From: Candidatus Micrarchaeota archaeon
GTDB lineage: Archaea; B1Sed10-29; B47-G15
Length of the DNA stretch: 64,000 nucleotides
NCBI GenBank assembly: GCA_003660975.1
Contig: QMVG01000002.1
Location: 53,850 to 117,849, forward strand
Reading direction: 5' to 3'
In this document: piece after piece, positions 1 to 11,700 of the stretch
Layout of the letters: the number at the start of each line of letters is the position of its first letter
Numbering within the stretch: the first letter of the stretch is position 1
Program-made: the position numbers and the translations under genes
The notes under the pieces: model-generated
The model's database searches: none
Told to the model about the DNA's origin: nothing
What the model saw: only the letters and a program-made list of their open reading frames with translations

Positions 1-546
1 GATAAAACCGTTCGTTTTACATTTATCTTTTCTTCTATGGCTAGTATGCATTGGGGCATGAGGGCTGTAATATTTCCCCTATTTATTTTTTCTATGACAG
101 GTGCAAACTTTTACACCGGTCTCTTGTACTCGTCAATGGGCTTGCTTGCTATGTTTACATTACCTATGGCAGGCCATTTACTAGACAAAAAGGGCATAAG
201 AGTAAGCATCTATGCTATTGCAGTCCTCGCTATTTCTTCCCTTCTTATGGCCTTCTCAAACAACTTTCTTTTTTTCTATTTATTTTCACTTCTTTATGTC
301 ATCGGAGAGGCATTTAACGGCACTACTCTTAGTTATGTTGATGTTAGTCATTTACCTGAACAAATACGCAAAGAACTAATTTCTTTGAGGGCCTCTCTCT
401 TTGCGTTGGTCTCTTTTATTGCCCCTTTTCTTGCTGGCCTCGTTCTTAAATACAGCTCCTACCAAGTTGTATTGCTTTTATTTTCATCTTTTTTCTGGAT
501 ATTGCTTTTTTACACCTTGTTTTTGTTTGGACGGGGAGAATTATAG
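1..546 (+). CDS. MFS transporter, C-terminal part (5' truncated by window edge)
   Basis: Frame 1 is open from base 1; several hydrophobic helices; MFS motif A-like 'GHLLDKKGIR'. Confidence 0.75.
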   Translation, partial: DKTVRFTFIFSSMASMHWGMRAVIFPLFIFSMTGANFYTGLLYSSMGLLAMFTLPMAGHLLDKKGIRVSIYAIAVLAISSLLMAFSNNFLFFYLFSLLYVIGEAFNGTTLSYVDVSHLPEQIRKELISLRASLFALVSFIAPFLAGLVLKYSSYQVVLLLFSSFFWILLFYTLFLFGRGEL

Positions 547-607
547 AAAACACTAACATAATCTTTAAAAATAGCCTATGTCATTTAATACTCAGCTGGT
601 GAGTGTC

Positions 608-1642
608 ATGAATACCTCTCGTTTTAGGATTTTAGTTAAGCACCCTTTTCACGTGTTGAGGTTTGTGCTGAAAAAGGACATTCCCATATTCACACATATC
701 TATGTGACAAGAAGATGTAATTTGCACTGTGCAAAATGTAGGGTAATTGAGAGGAGAGGTTCAAGAGAGCTGAGCCTGGAAGAATGGAAGAAAGTAATGG
801 ACAGAATGAGTGAATGGGGAACGATAATACTTACTGTTCAGGGTGGGGAAGGAATGTTAAGGCCAGATATTTATGATATTCTATCTTATGCATCAAAGAA
901 ATTCTACACCACATTTTATACTAATGCAGTTTTATTGGATGAAGTAAAAATTAATAAGTTAATAAGCACAGGTATTGCAGGTATTGGTGTCTCTCTTGAC
1001 TCTCTCTCTGCTGTGAAGGAAGCAAAGATGGGGAGAGGAGACATTGCAACTAAGAAAGTGATAGAGTTTCTAGAATACGTGAAAAATATAAAAAGGAAAC
1101 CAAAGATTACAGTAAATACAGTAATAACACACCTTAACCTGTCAGAGATACCTGACCTGGCCAAGTTTGCCAATGAGCATGGTGCATTTTTCTCAGTGGC
1201 AGTTCTAGAGTCAACACCTGGAGACAGGTGGTGGTTCAGGAATTATGCTCCTTTCCTGGAGATAAAAGAGAAAGATTATCCAGAGCTAGAGAGGGTTATC
1301 AATGAGCTAATTAGAATGAAGAAGAAGGGCTATAAAATCTCCAACGATGTAAACCAATTGAAAAATGCCGTTCGTTATATCAAAAAAGAATACACTCCGC
1401 CCTGTAATGCAGCCAAGCTTTATTATTCTGTAAATGAAGACGGGCGTTTTATGGGCTGTCAGGACCTGGAACCTATACCTAAGAGGATTGATGAAATGCA
1501 GTCAATAAAGGAAGCCTGGCAATACAAAAAGATGATTAAGGACATTGAGACATGCCCAGGTTGCTACTATGGCTGTTATGTTTCTATAACTGATTTGGCC
1601 AGCAATCCTTTGAAGTTTTTGATAGGAGAAATTCTCCATTAG
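608..1642 (+). CDS. Radical SAM protein with C-terminal SPASM/twitch-like Cys cluster
   Basis: CxxxCxxC (CNLHCAKC), GGE motif, C-terminal C..GxFMGC..CPGCYYGC. The start could be 578. Confidence 0.85.
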   Translation: MNTSRFRILVKHPFHVLRFVLKKDIPIFTHIYVTRRCNLHCAKCRVIERRGSRELSLEEWKKVMDRMSEWGTIILTVQGGEGMLRPDIYDILSYASKKFYTTFYTNAVLLDEVKINKLISTGIAGIGVSLDSLSAVKEAKMGRGDIATKKVIEFLEYVKNIKRKPKITVNTVITHLNLSEIPDLAKFANEHGAFFSVAVLESTPGDRWWFRNYAPFLEIKEKDYPELERVINELIRMKKKGYKISNDVNQLKNAVRYIKKEYTPPCNAAKLYYSVNEDGRFMGCQDLEPIPKRIDEMQSIKEAWQYKKMIKDIETCPGCYYGCYVSITDLASNPLKFLIGEILH

Positions 1643-1654
1643 AAGGTGTGGTAT

Positions 1655-2788
1655 ATGAAATTGGCTGTGATACAACCACACCTCCATGTATATGGCGGTG
1701 TAGAAAAGGTCATATTAGAAATCGCAAAGAATTTTGATGTCACTGTTTATACTTTGACATATAAGCCTGAATCTCTGTATCCTGAATTTGGTAACCTAGA
1801 TATTAGAGTACTCAAACCCATGTGGCCAAGCGCTTTATTACCTAGCAACCGAATTTTCAACGCCCTCAAAGCTTCGTGGACTTTCTACAAAACAGAATTA
1901 GATGATTATGATATCATAAACCCCCATGGCAGTCCGGCAGAATGGATAGCTAATAAAAATTCAAATGTTTTGTGGTACAATCATGGAATAATGCGTGAAG
2001 TTTTTGACATTTCTTCTTTTAGAAGGAAAGCATATAAACCACCAACACGCGTTGCACATTTTGTTTTCTCAAATATCTTCAAATTCATAGAGAAACACAT
2101 GGTGAAAAATATAAGTTACACTTTAACAAACAGCAATTATTCAAAGACCCTGCTTTGGAAATATTTAGGTATTGAAGCAGAGGTTTTGCACCCTGCAGTA
2201 GATTTAGGACATTTTAAACCGAAAGCCCACAGCAAATATTTCCTGGTTGTCTCTAGAATTGGGTATGAAAAGCGCCAGCATTATGCAATAGAAGCATTCA
2301 AGAAATTTATACAAAAGACTAAGAGAAAAGATTGGAAATTGATAATTGCAGGAGGATATGGAGATGGAGGCAAAGCCCAAGAAGATTATTTTAATATGTT
2401 AAAAAGTATTGCACCAAAAAATGTACAGTTTATGTTAAACATAACTGAGCCAGAGAAGAGAAAATTGATTGAAAATTGTTATGCTTTGCTTTTCCCTTCA
2501 ATGAATGAGCCATTCGGCATTGTTCCTTTAGAGGCCATGGCCGCTGGAAAAGTTGTTATCGTCATGAGGGACTGTGGAGGGCCATTGGATTACATGCAAG
2601 AAGGCAAGAACGGTTTTATTGCACCTTCAATAGAAGCAATGGCGGATAGGATGAATTTTCTTGTTGAGCATAGAAAAATTAATGAGGAAATGGGCAAGTT
2701 TGCAAGAAAATACGTATTTAATAACTTCAAAACGCACGACTTTATAAGAGCTTTTAAGAAAGCCTGCCGTTTAGTTATGGGTGGGTAG
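1655..2788 (+). CDS. Glycosyltransferase family 4 (GT-B)
   Basis: 'GGVEKV' N-terminus, 'SRIGYEKR', 'EPFGIVPLEAMAAG' motif; AGGTG RBS. Confidence 0.9.
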   Translation: MKLAVIQPHLHVYGGVEKVILEIAKNFDVTVYTLTYKPESLYPEFGNLDIRVLKPMWPSALLPSNRIFNALKASWTFYKTELDDYDIINPHGSPAEWIANKNSNVLWYNHGIMREVFDISSFRRKAYKPPTRVAHFVFSNIFKFIEKHMVKNISYTLTNSNYSKTLLWKYLGIEAEVLHPAVDLGHFKPKAHSKYFLVVSRIGYEKRQHYAIEAFKKFIQKTKRKDWKLIIAGGYGDGGKAQEDYFNMLKSIAPKNVQFMLNITEPEKRKLIENCYALLFPSMNEPFGIVPLEAMAAGKVVIVMRDCGGPLDYMQEGKNGFIAPSIEAMADRMNFLVEHRKINEEMGKFARKYVFNNFKTHDFIRAFKKACRLVMGG

Positions 2789-2789
2789 C

Positions 2790-3566
2790 ATGGAAATTGT
2801 GATAGACCCCAAGAAATCTATTAATGAAAATATATCTCACTATTATGAAAAAGCGAAAAAGGCAAAGGCAAAGCTGAAAGGTCTTGAGAGAGCCATTGAA
2901 GAAACAAAAAGGCTGATTGCGATTGAAGAGGAAAAGGAAGCAGAAGCAAATGTTTTGCAAAAGAAAAAAGTTAGGAAAAAAGAATGGTATGAAAAATTTC
3001 ACTGGTGCTTTACTAGGAACGGTCTTTTACTGCTTGCTGGAAAAGATGCTAAAAGCAACCAGGTTTTGGTTTCAAGGCATATGGAGAAGGATGACTTGTA
3101 CTTCCATGCAGATGTGCAGGGAGCACCTTCTGTATTGTTGAAGAAAGGCAGGAATGCAAAGCAAGAGGATATAGAAGACGCAGCAGTATTTGCAGCCTCA
3201 TATTCAAGCGCTTGGAAAAAAGGAGCCAATGCTGTTGATGTGTATTATGTTGGACCCTCACAGGTTAGCAGGTCTGCTCCATCTGGAGAATATTTGCCTA
3301 AGGGAGCTTTTATGATCAAAGGAAAGAAAAATTACATAAGAAATGTTCCTTTGCAGTTATGGGTTTCTTTCTTTGATGGTAAACTGCAAACCCTTCCATA
3401 CAAGACAAATGAAAAAGCATTTCTAATAAAGCCAGGAGGCAGCAGCTCAAAACACGAAACTGCTAAAAAGTTGCTCAAGCTATTGAAAGAAGCGTTTCCA
3501 GATGCAGACATTGACATTGACTGGCTAATGCAGAGACTACCTAATGGAAACTCCATAGTTATGTGA
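2790..3566 (+). CDS. Short NFACT-R (DUF814) protein, Rqc2/RqcH C-terminal half
   Basis: 'WYEKFHW', 'AGKDAKSN', 'FHADVQGAP', 'YSSAWK', 'APSGEYLPKGAFMIKGKKNY' are hallmark archaeal Rqc2 motifs. Confidence 0.85.
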   Translation: MEIVIDPKKSINENISHYYEKAKKAKAKLKGLERAIEETKRLIAIEEEKEAEANVLQKKKVRKKEWYEKFHWCFTRNGLLLLAGKDAKSNQVLVSRHMEKDDLYFHADVQGAPSVLLKKGRNAKQEDIEDAAVFAASYSSAWKKGANAVDVYYVGPSQVSRSAPSGEYLPKGAFMIKGKKNYIRNVPLQLWVSFFDGKLQTLPYKTNEKAFLIKPGGSSSKHETAKKLLKLLKEAFPDADIDIDWLMQRLPNGNSIVM

Positions 3567-4614
3567 TAAATTCCTTTAGCCTTCTCACCGCGTTTTTCTT
3601 TTCCTTATCCCCTATTTTCGCCTTTTCTATGGCCTCCTCCAACACAGATATGCTTTTATCATATACTGCTTTATTAACTGGATAAGGAAAGCCGTCCTTA
3701 CCGCCATGAGCAAAGGAATATTTTACTGGGTCCTTCCAACTAAGCTCTGCGCCGTATATCAGTTCAGAAATAAGCGCCAAAGCTCTGATTGTTTTTGGAC
3801 CAAGCCCTCTTATCGCTATCAGCTCTTGGTAATTTTCAGGCTGCAATTCATAAGCTTTGTATAAAACTTTCCATGCTCTTTTGCTCAAATCACTTTTTTT
3901 CACTTGGTGGTGCTTGGGCAACTTCAAATATTTCATAGAGGTCTGGCCGTTAAAGTATTTTTCTAAATGCACAGGATTGTCTTTAACAATGTCAACAGAT
4001 ACCTTTCTCGCCTCCTCGCTGTTCTTTGATGTCATGTCTAAAACATTTCTCTTTTTGACATCTCCACATATCGCTGTGTGAGGTTCTATAACCAATGATT
4101 TTAAGCCCTCAGACAACCAATGATATCTTCTTGCATTGCCTGAAGCAGCCATCCCCTGCTGTATAACAGCCCAATTACCTGTTTCAGATATAAAAAATGA
4201 GTGTTGGTATAGCTGATAGCCATCTTGTATACAAGCATTGTCCACTTTAGCGACAATCCTGCTTGTTTTTACAAGTTCTTCATTCCCTGTTGTTTTTATT
4301 ATCTCTTCAGGCGTTCTCCTAGAAGCTTTTCCTTTTCCCCCACAAACCACAACACCATGTTCTTTCAGGGATAAAGACAGCTTCAAAGCAGCGCATAGTG
4401 TTGTGGTGCTTCCTGATGAGTGCCAGTCAAAACCCAGCACACAAGCAAAAGCTTGAAACCAGTAGGGATCTGATAACCTTTTTAACAACTCATTAGGGCC
4501 ATAATCATCAACTATTATTTTACTTACTGTTCCACCCAATCTCTGCATTCTCTCAAATAGCCATTTTGGTGCCTTCCCATAATGCAATGGCAGGTCAGCA
4601 ATGCCAGTCCTCAT
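3559..4614 (-). CDS. DUF763 family protein
   Basis: 'MRTGIADLPLHYGKAPKWLF', 'GFDWHSSGSTT', 'FAHGGKDGFPYPV'. Confidence 0.9.
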   Translation of the reverse strand: MRTGIADLPLHYGKAPKWLFERMQRLGGTVSKIIVDDYGPNELLKRLSDPYWFQAFACVLGFDWHSSGSTTTLCAALKLSLSLKEHGVVVCGGKGKASRRTPEEIIKTTGNEELVKTSRIVAKVDNACIQDGYQLYQHSFFISETGNWAVIQQGMAASGNARRYHWLSEGLKSLVIEPHTAICGDVKKRNVLDMTSKNSEEARKVSVDIVKDNPVHLEKYFNGQTSMKYLKLPKHHQVKKSDLSKRAWKVLYKAYELQPENYQELIAIRGLGPKTIRALALISELIYGAELSWKDPVKYSFAHGGKDGFPYPVNKAVYDKSISVLEEAIEKAKIGDKEKKNAVRRLKEFIT

Positions 4615-4679
4615 GTAGCTCCCATAGAAAATTAAGAGGGATATACTTATAAACGCACGCTGCACATGGCGATTGTCCT

Positions 4680-5336
4680 TTATTCATCATCTACTATGCC
4701 ACTGCCAACTATTCTAAAAAGAGCTTCCTCACCCTCTTTTTTAAAGAGGTGCTTCCTGAGTATTGCCTTCCTTCTCCCATCTCCACCATTTTTCTGCAGT
4801 TCTACTATTACCTTTGAGTCATACTTTACTGTATCTCCCCCAACAGGCTCAACTCTGCCAGAGTCAAAGTTTTCATATACTTGGTTAGTGACAAGAACAG
4901 GCACATCATAGGTTCTTGCATATTGCAGAAGGCTGTTCATCTGCTTACCCATAAGCCTATTTATCTCTTTAACATTACTCTCATCTCTCTCCAACCTATA
5001 CAAAGATGAGATGCTGTCTACAATTACAAAATCTGCTCTTTTGAGATTTTTTATCACTTTATCCTGCTCTTCAAAGCTTGTAATTTCATATAAAATGGTG
5101 TTTTTAAGCACCTCTTCATAGCTCTTAGCAGCTATCTGCCTCAGTCTTTTCTCATTGAAGCTTCCTTCAGTGTCTATGAAAATGGCTTTTTTTCCTATTT
5201 TTACAGCATTGACGAGAGCTTGGAGGGCAATATTGGTTTTTCCACTGCCTGCAGGTCCATATATCTGGGTAAGCATCTTTTTTGCTATGCCTCCTCCAAG
5301 GAGTTGGTCCAATGCTCTGCAACCAATAGGAACCAT
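4680..5336 (-). CDS. radB: DNA repair and recombination protein RadB
   Basis: Walker A GPAGSGKT, 'FIDTEG', 'VDSIS', 'LRKH' basic patch; ATPase domain only. Confidence 0.92.
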   Translation of the reverse strand: MVPIGCRALDQLLGGGIAKKMLTQIYGPAGSGKTNIALQALVNAVKIGKKAIFIDTEGSFNEKRLRQIAAKSYEEVLKNTILYEITSFEEQDKVIKNLKRADFVIVDSISSLYRLERDESNVKEINRLMGKQMNSLLQYARTYDVPVLVTNQVYENFDSGRVEPVGGDTVKYDSKVIVELQKNGGDGRRKAILRKHLFKKEGEEALFRIVGSGIVDDE

Positions 5337-5384
5337 AAAGTTATTATACCCTTAATTCTTTATACTGCTTGCGACGGTGACTGT

Positions 5385-5579
5385 ATGGACAAAATACAAG
5401 CAGTAATACTGGGCGTTTTCGTTATACTTGTTCTGACAGGTCTTATAGGTAGCTCCAGCTCTCCAACCTCTATTGAGCAGGAGATAACATTTATGAGCTT
5501 TGAAGAGTATCACCAAATGCAACATAGCGAGGCTATGGGCAATGTTCAGAGTGTTCAACCATTAGGTTTTAATTCATAA
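5385..5579 (+). CDS. Small membrane-anchored hypothetical protein (64 aa)
   Basis: GGTGA RBS before ATG 5385; N-terminal hydrophobic helix; lies directly upstream of cdc48. Confidence 0.6.
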   Translation: MDKIQAVILGVFVILVLTGLIGSSSSPTSIEQEITFMSFEEYHQMQHSEAMGNVQSVQPLGFNS

Positions 5580-7763
<2,184 letters not shown>

Positions 7764-7764
7764 T

Positions 7765-8379
7765 CTAGAGTAAAGACCTTACCAGCTCTACTGTGCCTCC
7801 AAAGCCCAGCCAGAAATTGAACAGCAACATTGTGATAAAGACAACAGCCCAGACCTTGAAGCTCCATGCAGCTACTTTTGAGCCGTCAAGTGGAGGTATT
7901 GGCAGGAGGTTGAAGAGGCCTAAAAAGATATTTATGGTAAATCCCCAAGAGGCAAGTGTTTTAATGAAAGCGATCTGGGGAAGAAGGACATAAAGAAACA
8001 CAAAAAGTATGGACAGCACAAAATTGGAAAAAGGCCCTGCTAAGCTTATAATGCCATCTTCTCTTCGCGTTAGATTTGCCTTGTAAATGTAAACAGCACC
8101 AGGCGCTGCGAATATAAACCTACCTCCTGTTATAACTGCCATCATAAGCGCAAAAACAAGCCCCATGGTCCATGCCTTGTAAAACGCATGACAGCCAAAA
8201 TGGATAGCCACGAACCTATGAGATAACTCGTGGACAACAAAGCCAAGGCCAACTGCAAGAAATATTATTGGAATAAGCTGATAATTGCCAAAGTTTATGG
8301 CAAAAAGACTGAATGCTAATGAAATGGTGAAAAAAGACACAAACAAGTCAAAAATCTCTCCTCTGTAAAACAGCCCCAT
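7765..8379 (-). CDS. Site-2 protease family (M50) membrane metalloprotease
   Basis: HELSH, 'AGPFSN', 'NLLPIPPLDG'. Confidence 0.92.
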   Translation of the reverse strand: MGLFYRGEIFDLFVSFFTISLAFSLFAINFGNYQLIPIIFLAVGLGFVVHELSHRFVAIHFGCHAFYKAWTMGLVFALMMAVITGGRFIFAAPGAVYIYKANLTRREDGIISLAGPFSNFVLSILFVFLYVLLPQIAFIKTLASWGFTINIFLGLFNLLPIPPLDGSKVAAWSFKVWAVVFITMLLFNFWLGFGGTVELVRSLL

Positions 8380-8467
8380 GGGAATCAAGAAGATTACTCA
8401 GAAGATATAAAAAAGCTTTACCAATACGTTTAAAAATTTGTCAGTTCACAATAGATGGGGGATCGCT

Positions 8468-9220
8468 ATGAAATTTGTAAATGTATTTGTTGTACTTGTA
8501 TCAGCCGTTGCAATTGTTATGCTTTCACTTTTAATCCATCCAGCGAACAATGCAGTGGCGGCCCAAGAGGGGCAGATAACAGAGAGCTTTAATGTTTCTG
8601 TAACAGGAGAAGCCTCTGTATATCTCAACCCAAATAAGGTAATTGTTAATCTGGGAGTTGAAACGCTCTCAAAAACCGCAAAAGAGTCTCAGGAGAGAAA
8701 CGCAGAAATAATGAACGACGTGCTTGCAGCTTTAGAGCAGGCAGGCATAAGCAGGGAGCAGATAAAGACAACGCACTACAGCTTATATGCTGACTATGAC
8801 TGGAGTAATGGAGATAGGGTATTCAAAGGCTATAAAACAAGGCATTACATACAAGTGAGCTCTAAGAACATAGACAAGGCAGGAAGCATAGTTGACGCTG
8901 CCTCCTCAGCAGGGGCCAACTACATAGGAGACATACAATTTACATTAACAGATGAGGCTATGCTGGAAGCCAAGAAAGCTGCAATTGCCATAGCTACAAA
9001 CAATTCCAAAGAAAAGGCAATGGCAATCGCCAGAACCTTCGGAAATTACCGCATTGTGCCTGTGAAGCTGAGCCTTTCTTCATATAGCCCATATCCCATA
9101 TACAAAGGTGCCATAGGAAACTATATGGAAAGCGAGAGGTCTGCCTCAACACAGATATATAGTGGAGACATACGTGTTTCAGCAACTGTTCAGGCCCTCT
9201 ATAAGGCGATTCCCTCTTAA
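8468..9220 (+). CDS. SIMPL domain (DUF541) protein
   Basis: Signal/TM helix, 'VSVTGEA..PNKVIVNLGVET', 'GANYIGDIQF'. Confidence 0.88.
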   Translation: MKFVNVFVVLVSAVAIVMLSLLIHPANNAVAAQEGQITESFNVSVTGEASVYLNPNKVIVNLGVETLSKTAKESQERNAEIMNDVLAALEQAGISREQIKTTHYSLYADYDWSNGDRVFKGYKTRHYIQVSSKNIDKAGSIVDAASSAGANYIGDIQFTLTDEAMLEAKKAAIAIATNNSKEKAMAIARTFGNYRIVPVKLSLSSYSPYPIYKGAIGNYMESERSASTQIYSGDIRVSATVQALYKAIPS

Positions 9221-9280
9221 CTCTTTTTAACCTTTTCTTGTTGGGAAACAGTTTTAAGCCCTGTTTTTTCAAAGACAGTT

Positions 9281-9460
9281 ATGGACAATAGGGCCCAAAT
9301 TTCTATAGAGATGCTCCTCGTGGCAGGGGCTTTGTTCGCCGTGGCAGTTCTTGTTGTCAGCAGCCTGACGCAGAGTTCAAAAGAAGCAAGTGATAAGATG
9401 AGCGCCAAGGTAAGCGAGGTTTTGGAGAAAATTGACAAGATGACAGAAGGTGCTTCCTAA
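9281..9460 (+). CDS. Class III signal peptide micro-pilin (59 aa, absent from ORF track)
   Basis: Hand translation MDNRA/QISIEMLLVAGALFAVAVLVV...: RA-Q cleavage site, E at +5, hydrophobic helix. Confidence 0.85.
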   Translation: MDNRAQISIEMLLVAGALFAVAVLVVSSLTQSSKEASDKMSAKVSEVLEKIDKMTEGAS

Positions 9461-9627
9461 TGGACGATAAAGCGCAGATTAGCCTTGAAATGCTCTTGTT
9501 GGCAGCTGCGTTGATAGCTGTGGCTGTCTTGTTTCTGAGCGGTGTTAGGACTTCTTCAAAGTCATTCCAATCAAAGATGACTGCCAACAGCAAGCAGGCC
9601 CTGTCAAAATTGGGGCAAATCAAATGA
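9460..9627 (+). CDS. Class III signal peptide micro-pilin (55 aa, absent from ORF track)
   Basis: Hand translation MDDKA/QISLEMLLLAAALIAVAVLFL...; TAATG overlap with the upstream gene and ATGA overlap with the downstream gene. Confidence 0.85.
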   Translation: MDDKAQISLEMLLLAAALIAVAVLFLSGVRTSSKSFQSKMTANSKQALSKLGQIK

Positions 9628-10022
9628 GGGGTCAGCTGAGCCTTGAAATGTTATTGCTGATGTCTGCAATGATGGGAGCGTTAGCAGTTATCCTGCCTTT
9701 ATATAACTCACTATTTTCTGCTTCCAACACCGTTCTTGAAAAACAAGGGGCTCTGGAAATGGCAAGGAGCTTTAAACATTTATGCTCAATGCTTGATGTT
9801 ATGGGGAAGGAGTCCTCGGCTAACTTTCTTTTTAATTCTCCATGCGATTATGAGATTAGGAAAAAAGAGAATTCAGCAGAAATCAGCTTTGGAGAAGGAA
9901 GTATCAGCTTTGAGCTGGAGGAAAACTGTGAGCTGCCAACCATGGTTGGAAGGGGCAAGCACAATTTTTTTGTTAAGAAAGAGGGGAGCAAGGTTATTGT
10001 TTATGACAGACAAGCAGGTTAA
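9624..10022 (+). CDS. Class III signal peptide pilin-like protein
   Basis: MRG/QLSLEMLLLM... motif. Confidence 0.8.
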   Translation: MRGQLSLEMLLLMSAMMGALAVILPLYNSLFSASNTVLEKQGALEMARSFKHLCSMLDVMGKESSANFLFNSPCDYEIRKKENSAEISFGEGSISFELEENCELPTMVGRGKHNFFVKKEGSKVIVYDRQAG

Positions 10023-10299
10023 AGCTCCCATCAATCTTTTTTCTTGAGAAGCTGATGCCTGTCTCGCAGTCCTCATCAAATGCCACAGAGACACCAACAT
10101 GATTCATCAGCTTTTTTACGCAGCTTTTGCTTAACTCAGCTTTGAGGTTGCAGACCTCTATCGCATCTTGCGTCATTTGGAACAAGATTTCATTGTTTAG
10201 GTCAGGGAGTGGCTGCCTTGACATAATCATAACAGACAATATGACCATAACTAAGAAAAATGCCAGCAAAGCGTCTGTTGTGAACAGAAAAGCTTTCAT
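9994..10299 (-). CDS. Pilin-like protein (class III-like signal)
   Basis: MKA/FLFTTDALLAFFLV...; ATGA overlap with the upstream gene. Confidence 0.7.
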   Translation of the reverse strand: MKAFLFTTDALLAFFLVMVILSVMIMSRQPLPDLNNEILFQMTQDAIEVCNLKAELSKSCVKKLMNHVGVSVAFDEDCETGISFSRKKIDGSFNLLVCHKQ

Positions 10300-10742
10300 T
10301 CGCATTTGCCCCACAGCTCCACTACACATTCTTTATTTCCACATAGCGCGAACCTTCTTAGCGCCAGCCCCTCCTTTTTTCCAGCTGAGAAAAGCTCACG
10401 CCCATTTATCTCATAAATAAACAGACCCCAATGCCTCGGCAGTGCCAGTTCCCTGCCCAAATCGTCATGTTTTTTAAGCATTTCAATGCTTTTTTTGGAT
10501 AACTGGTGGTGTTTTACGTTATTGGCCATTTTTACAGCAAGACCTATGCCATTGTCCTCAGATGATGTGGAGATTAGCAGCTCTGAGGCATCTATCAGCG
10601 CCCTCTGGCTTTCGAAACAATTATATGATTGTTTTATAGATGCATATCTTTGCGTAATGAATATTTGGAATAGAGAAATGGACAGGATTAAGACAAAGAA
10701 AGCAATTAACACATCACTTAGGAATATCTGGGCCTTTCGCAT
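10296..10742 (-). CDS. Pilin-like protein (class III-like signal)
   Basis: MRKA/QIFLSDVLIAFFVL... Confidence 0.72.
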   Translation of the reverse strand: MRKAQIFLSDVLIAFFVLILSISLFQIFITQRYASIKQSYNCFESQRALIDASELLISTSSEDNGIGLAVKMANNVKHHQLSKKSIEMLKKHDDLGRELALPRHWGLFIYEINGRELFSAGKKEGLALRRFALCGNKECVVELWGKCE

Positions 10743-11011
10743 CCTAACACCTTTTTTGATAGCATGTCTTTCCCCAACTTTAGATATATCTTATCACCTT
10801 GCTTGCCAGCGTAGGCAAAATGAAAATCGCTGTCAAATAAGAGCCTATTGCAGGCAGAGGCGTAGTAGCTCAACTCTGCCTCTTTTTTAAGCTTTGACAG
10901 GCCTGAAGCCAGCATAGTGTTGCTTTTCTCAGCTGTGAATATTATCATTGAGATAACGCTCGCTATTAATGCCACAGAAATTATAAACTCAAGGCTAAGC
11001 TGCCCTTTCAA
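10718..11011 (-). CDS. Class III signal peptide pilin-like protein
   Basis: MKG/QLSLEFIISVALI...; TTG start with GGAGG upstream. Confidence 0.78.
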   Translation of the reverse strand: MKGQLSLEFIISVALIASVISMIIFTAEKSNTMLASGLSKLKKEAELSYYASACNRLLFDSDFHFAYAGKQGDKIYLKLGKDMLSKKVLGCERPRYS

Positions 11012-11597
11012 GCACTTCCCCTCCCCTTATGATTAGGTGAACCGTTTTACCTCCTATCTTCTTCTCAGCAACAAAGGCTGGTTCAGGCATCTTCATTTCG
11101 GATTTTAGCCTGCTGGCCACTTCATTGAGAATTCCCCTGACCTCTTTTATTGACTTTAAGTATGCAGGGCAAGCAGTGATATCCAAGAGAGGCGGACACT
11201 TTTCGCTGATTTCAACATTGTTGTTGTTAAAACCTATGAAGAGCATGCACTGGGCATAACTCATTTTTTCGAAAGGCGGGACAAAGAAAAGGATATTAGC
11301 GCCATCAGTATACGCTATGCCTGTTTTTGCATCCAGACCAGAAGCCCACTCGTATATTTCATGACACAGCCGGACATCATCAATATACACATCACCAGTT
11401 CTCATTTCAAACGCTTCTTCAGCAATATCAAAAAAAGCGTCTTCTATTTCATACCTAAACTCATCAAAGGCCAGCCTTTCGTTTATGTTTTCCTTTACCT
11501 GCCACATCGCCTCACTGATTCCTTCTTCCTGCTCTAAATAGAGCAGCACAAATGGGCTTATTACAATAAGCAGTGATATGCTTAGGAAGGCTCTCAT
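10995..11597 (-). CDS. Membrane-anchored hypothetical protein, possible minor pilin
   Basis: MRA/FLSISLLIVI N-terminal helix; first gene of the minus-strand pilin-like operon. Confidence 0.6.
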   Translation of the reverse strand: MRAFLSISLLIVISPFVLLYLEQEEGISEAMWQVKENINERLAFDEFRYEIEDAFFDIAEEAFEMRTGDVYIDDVRLCHEIYEWASGLDAKTGIAYTDGANILFFVPPFEKMSYAQCMLFIGFNNNNVEISEKCPPLLDITACPAYLKSIKEVRGILNEVASRLKSEMKMPEPAFVAEKKIGGKTVHLIIRGGEVLERAA

Positions 11598-11700
11598 CTC
11601 TCTTAATCCTGTCCTGTCCTCATTTATCTGTTTTGCTACCTTTAACAGTTAAACTAAGTTAATCGTTATTTTAAAATACCTATAACGTCCAAAAATACAC

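Noticed and set aside
9217-9623. Minus-strand ORFs 9217-9438 and 9357-9623 in the track
   Set aside because: Shadows of the two plus-strand micro-pilins, which have clear signal motifs and coupled start/stop codons.
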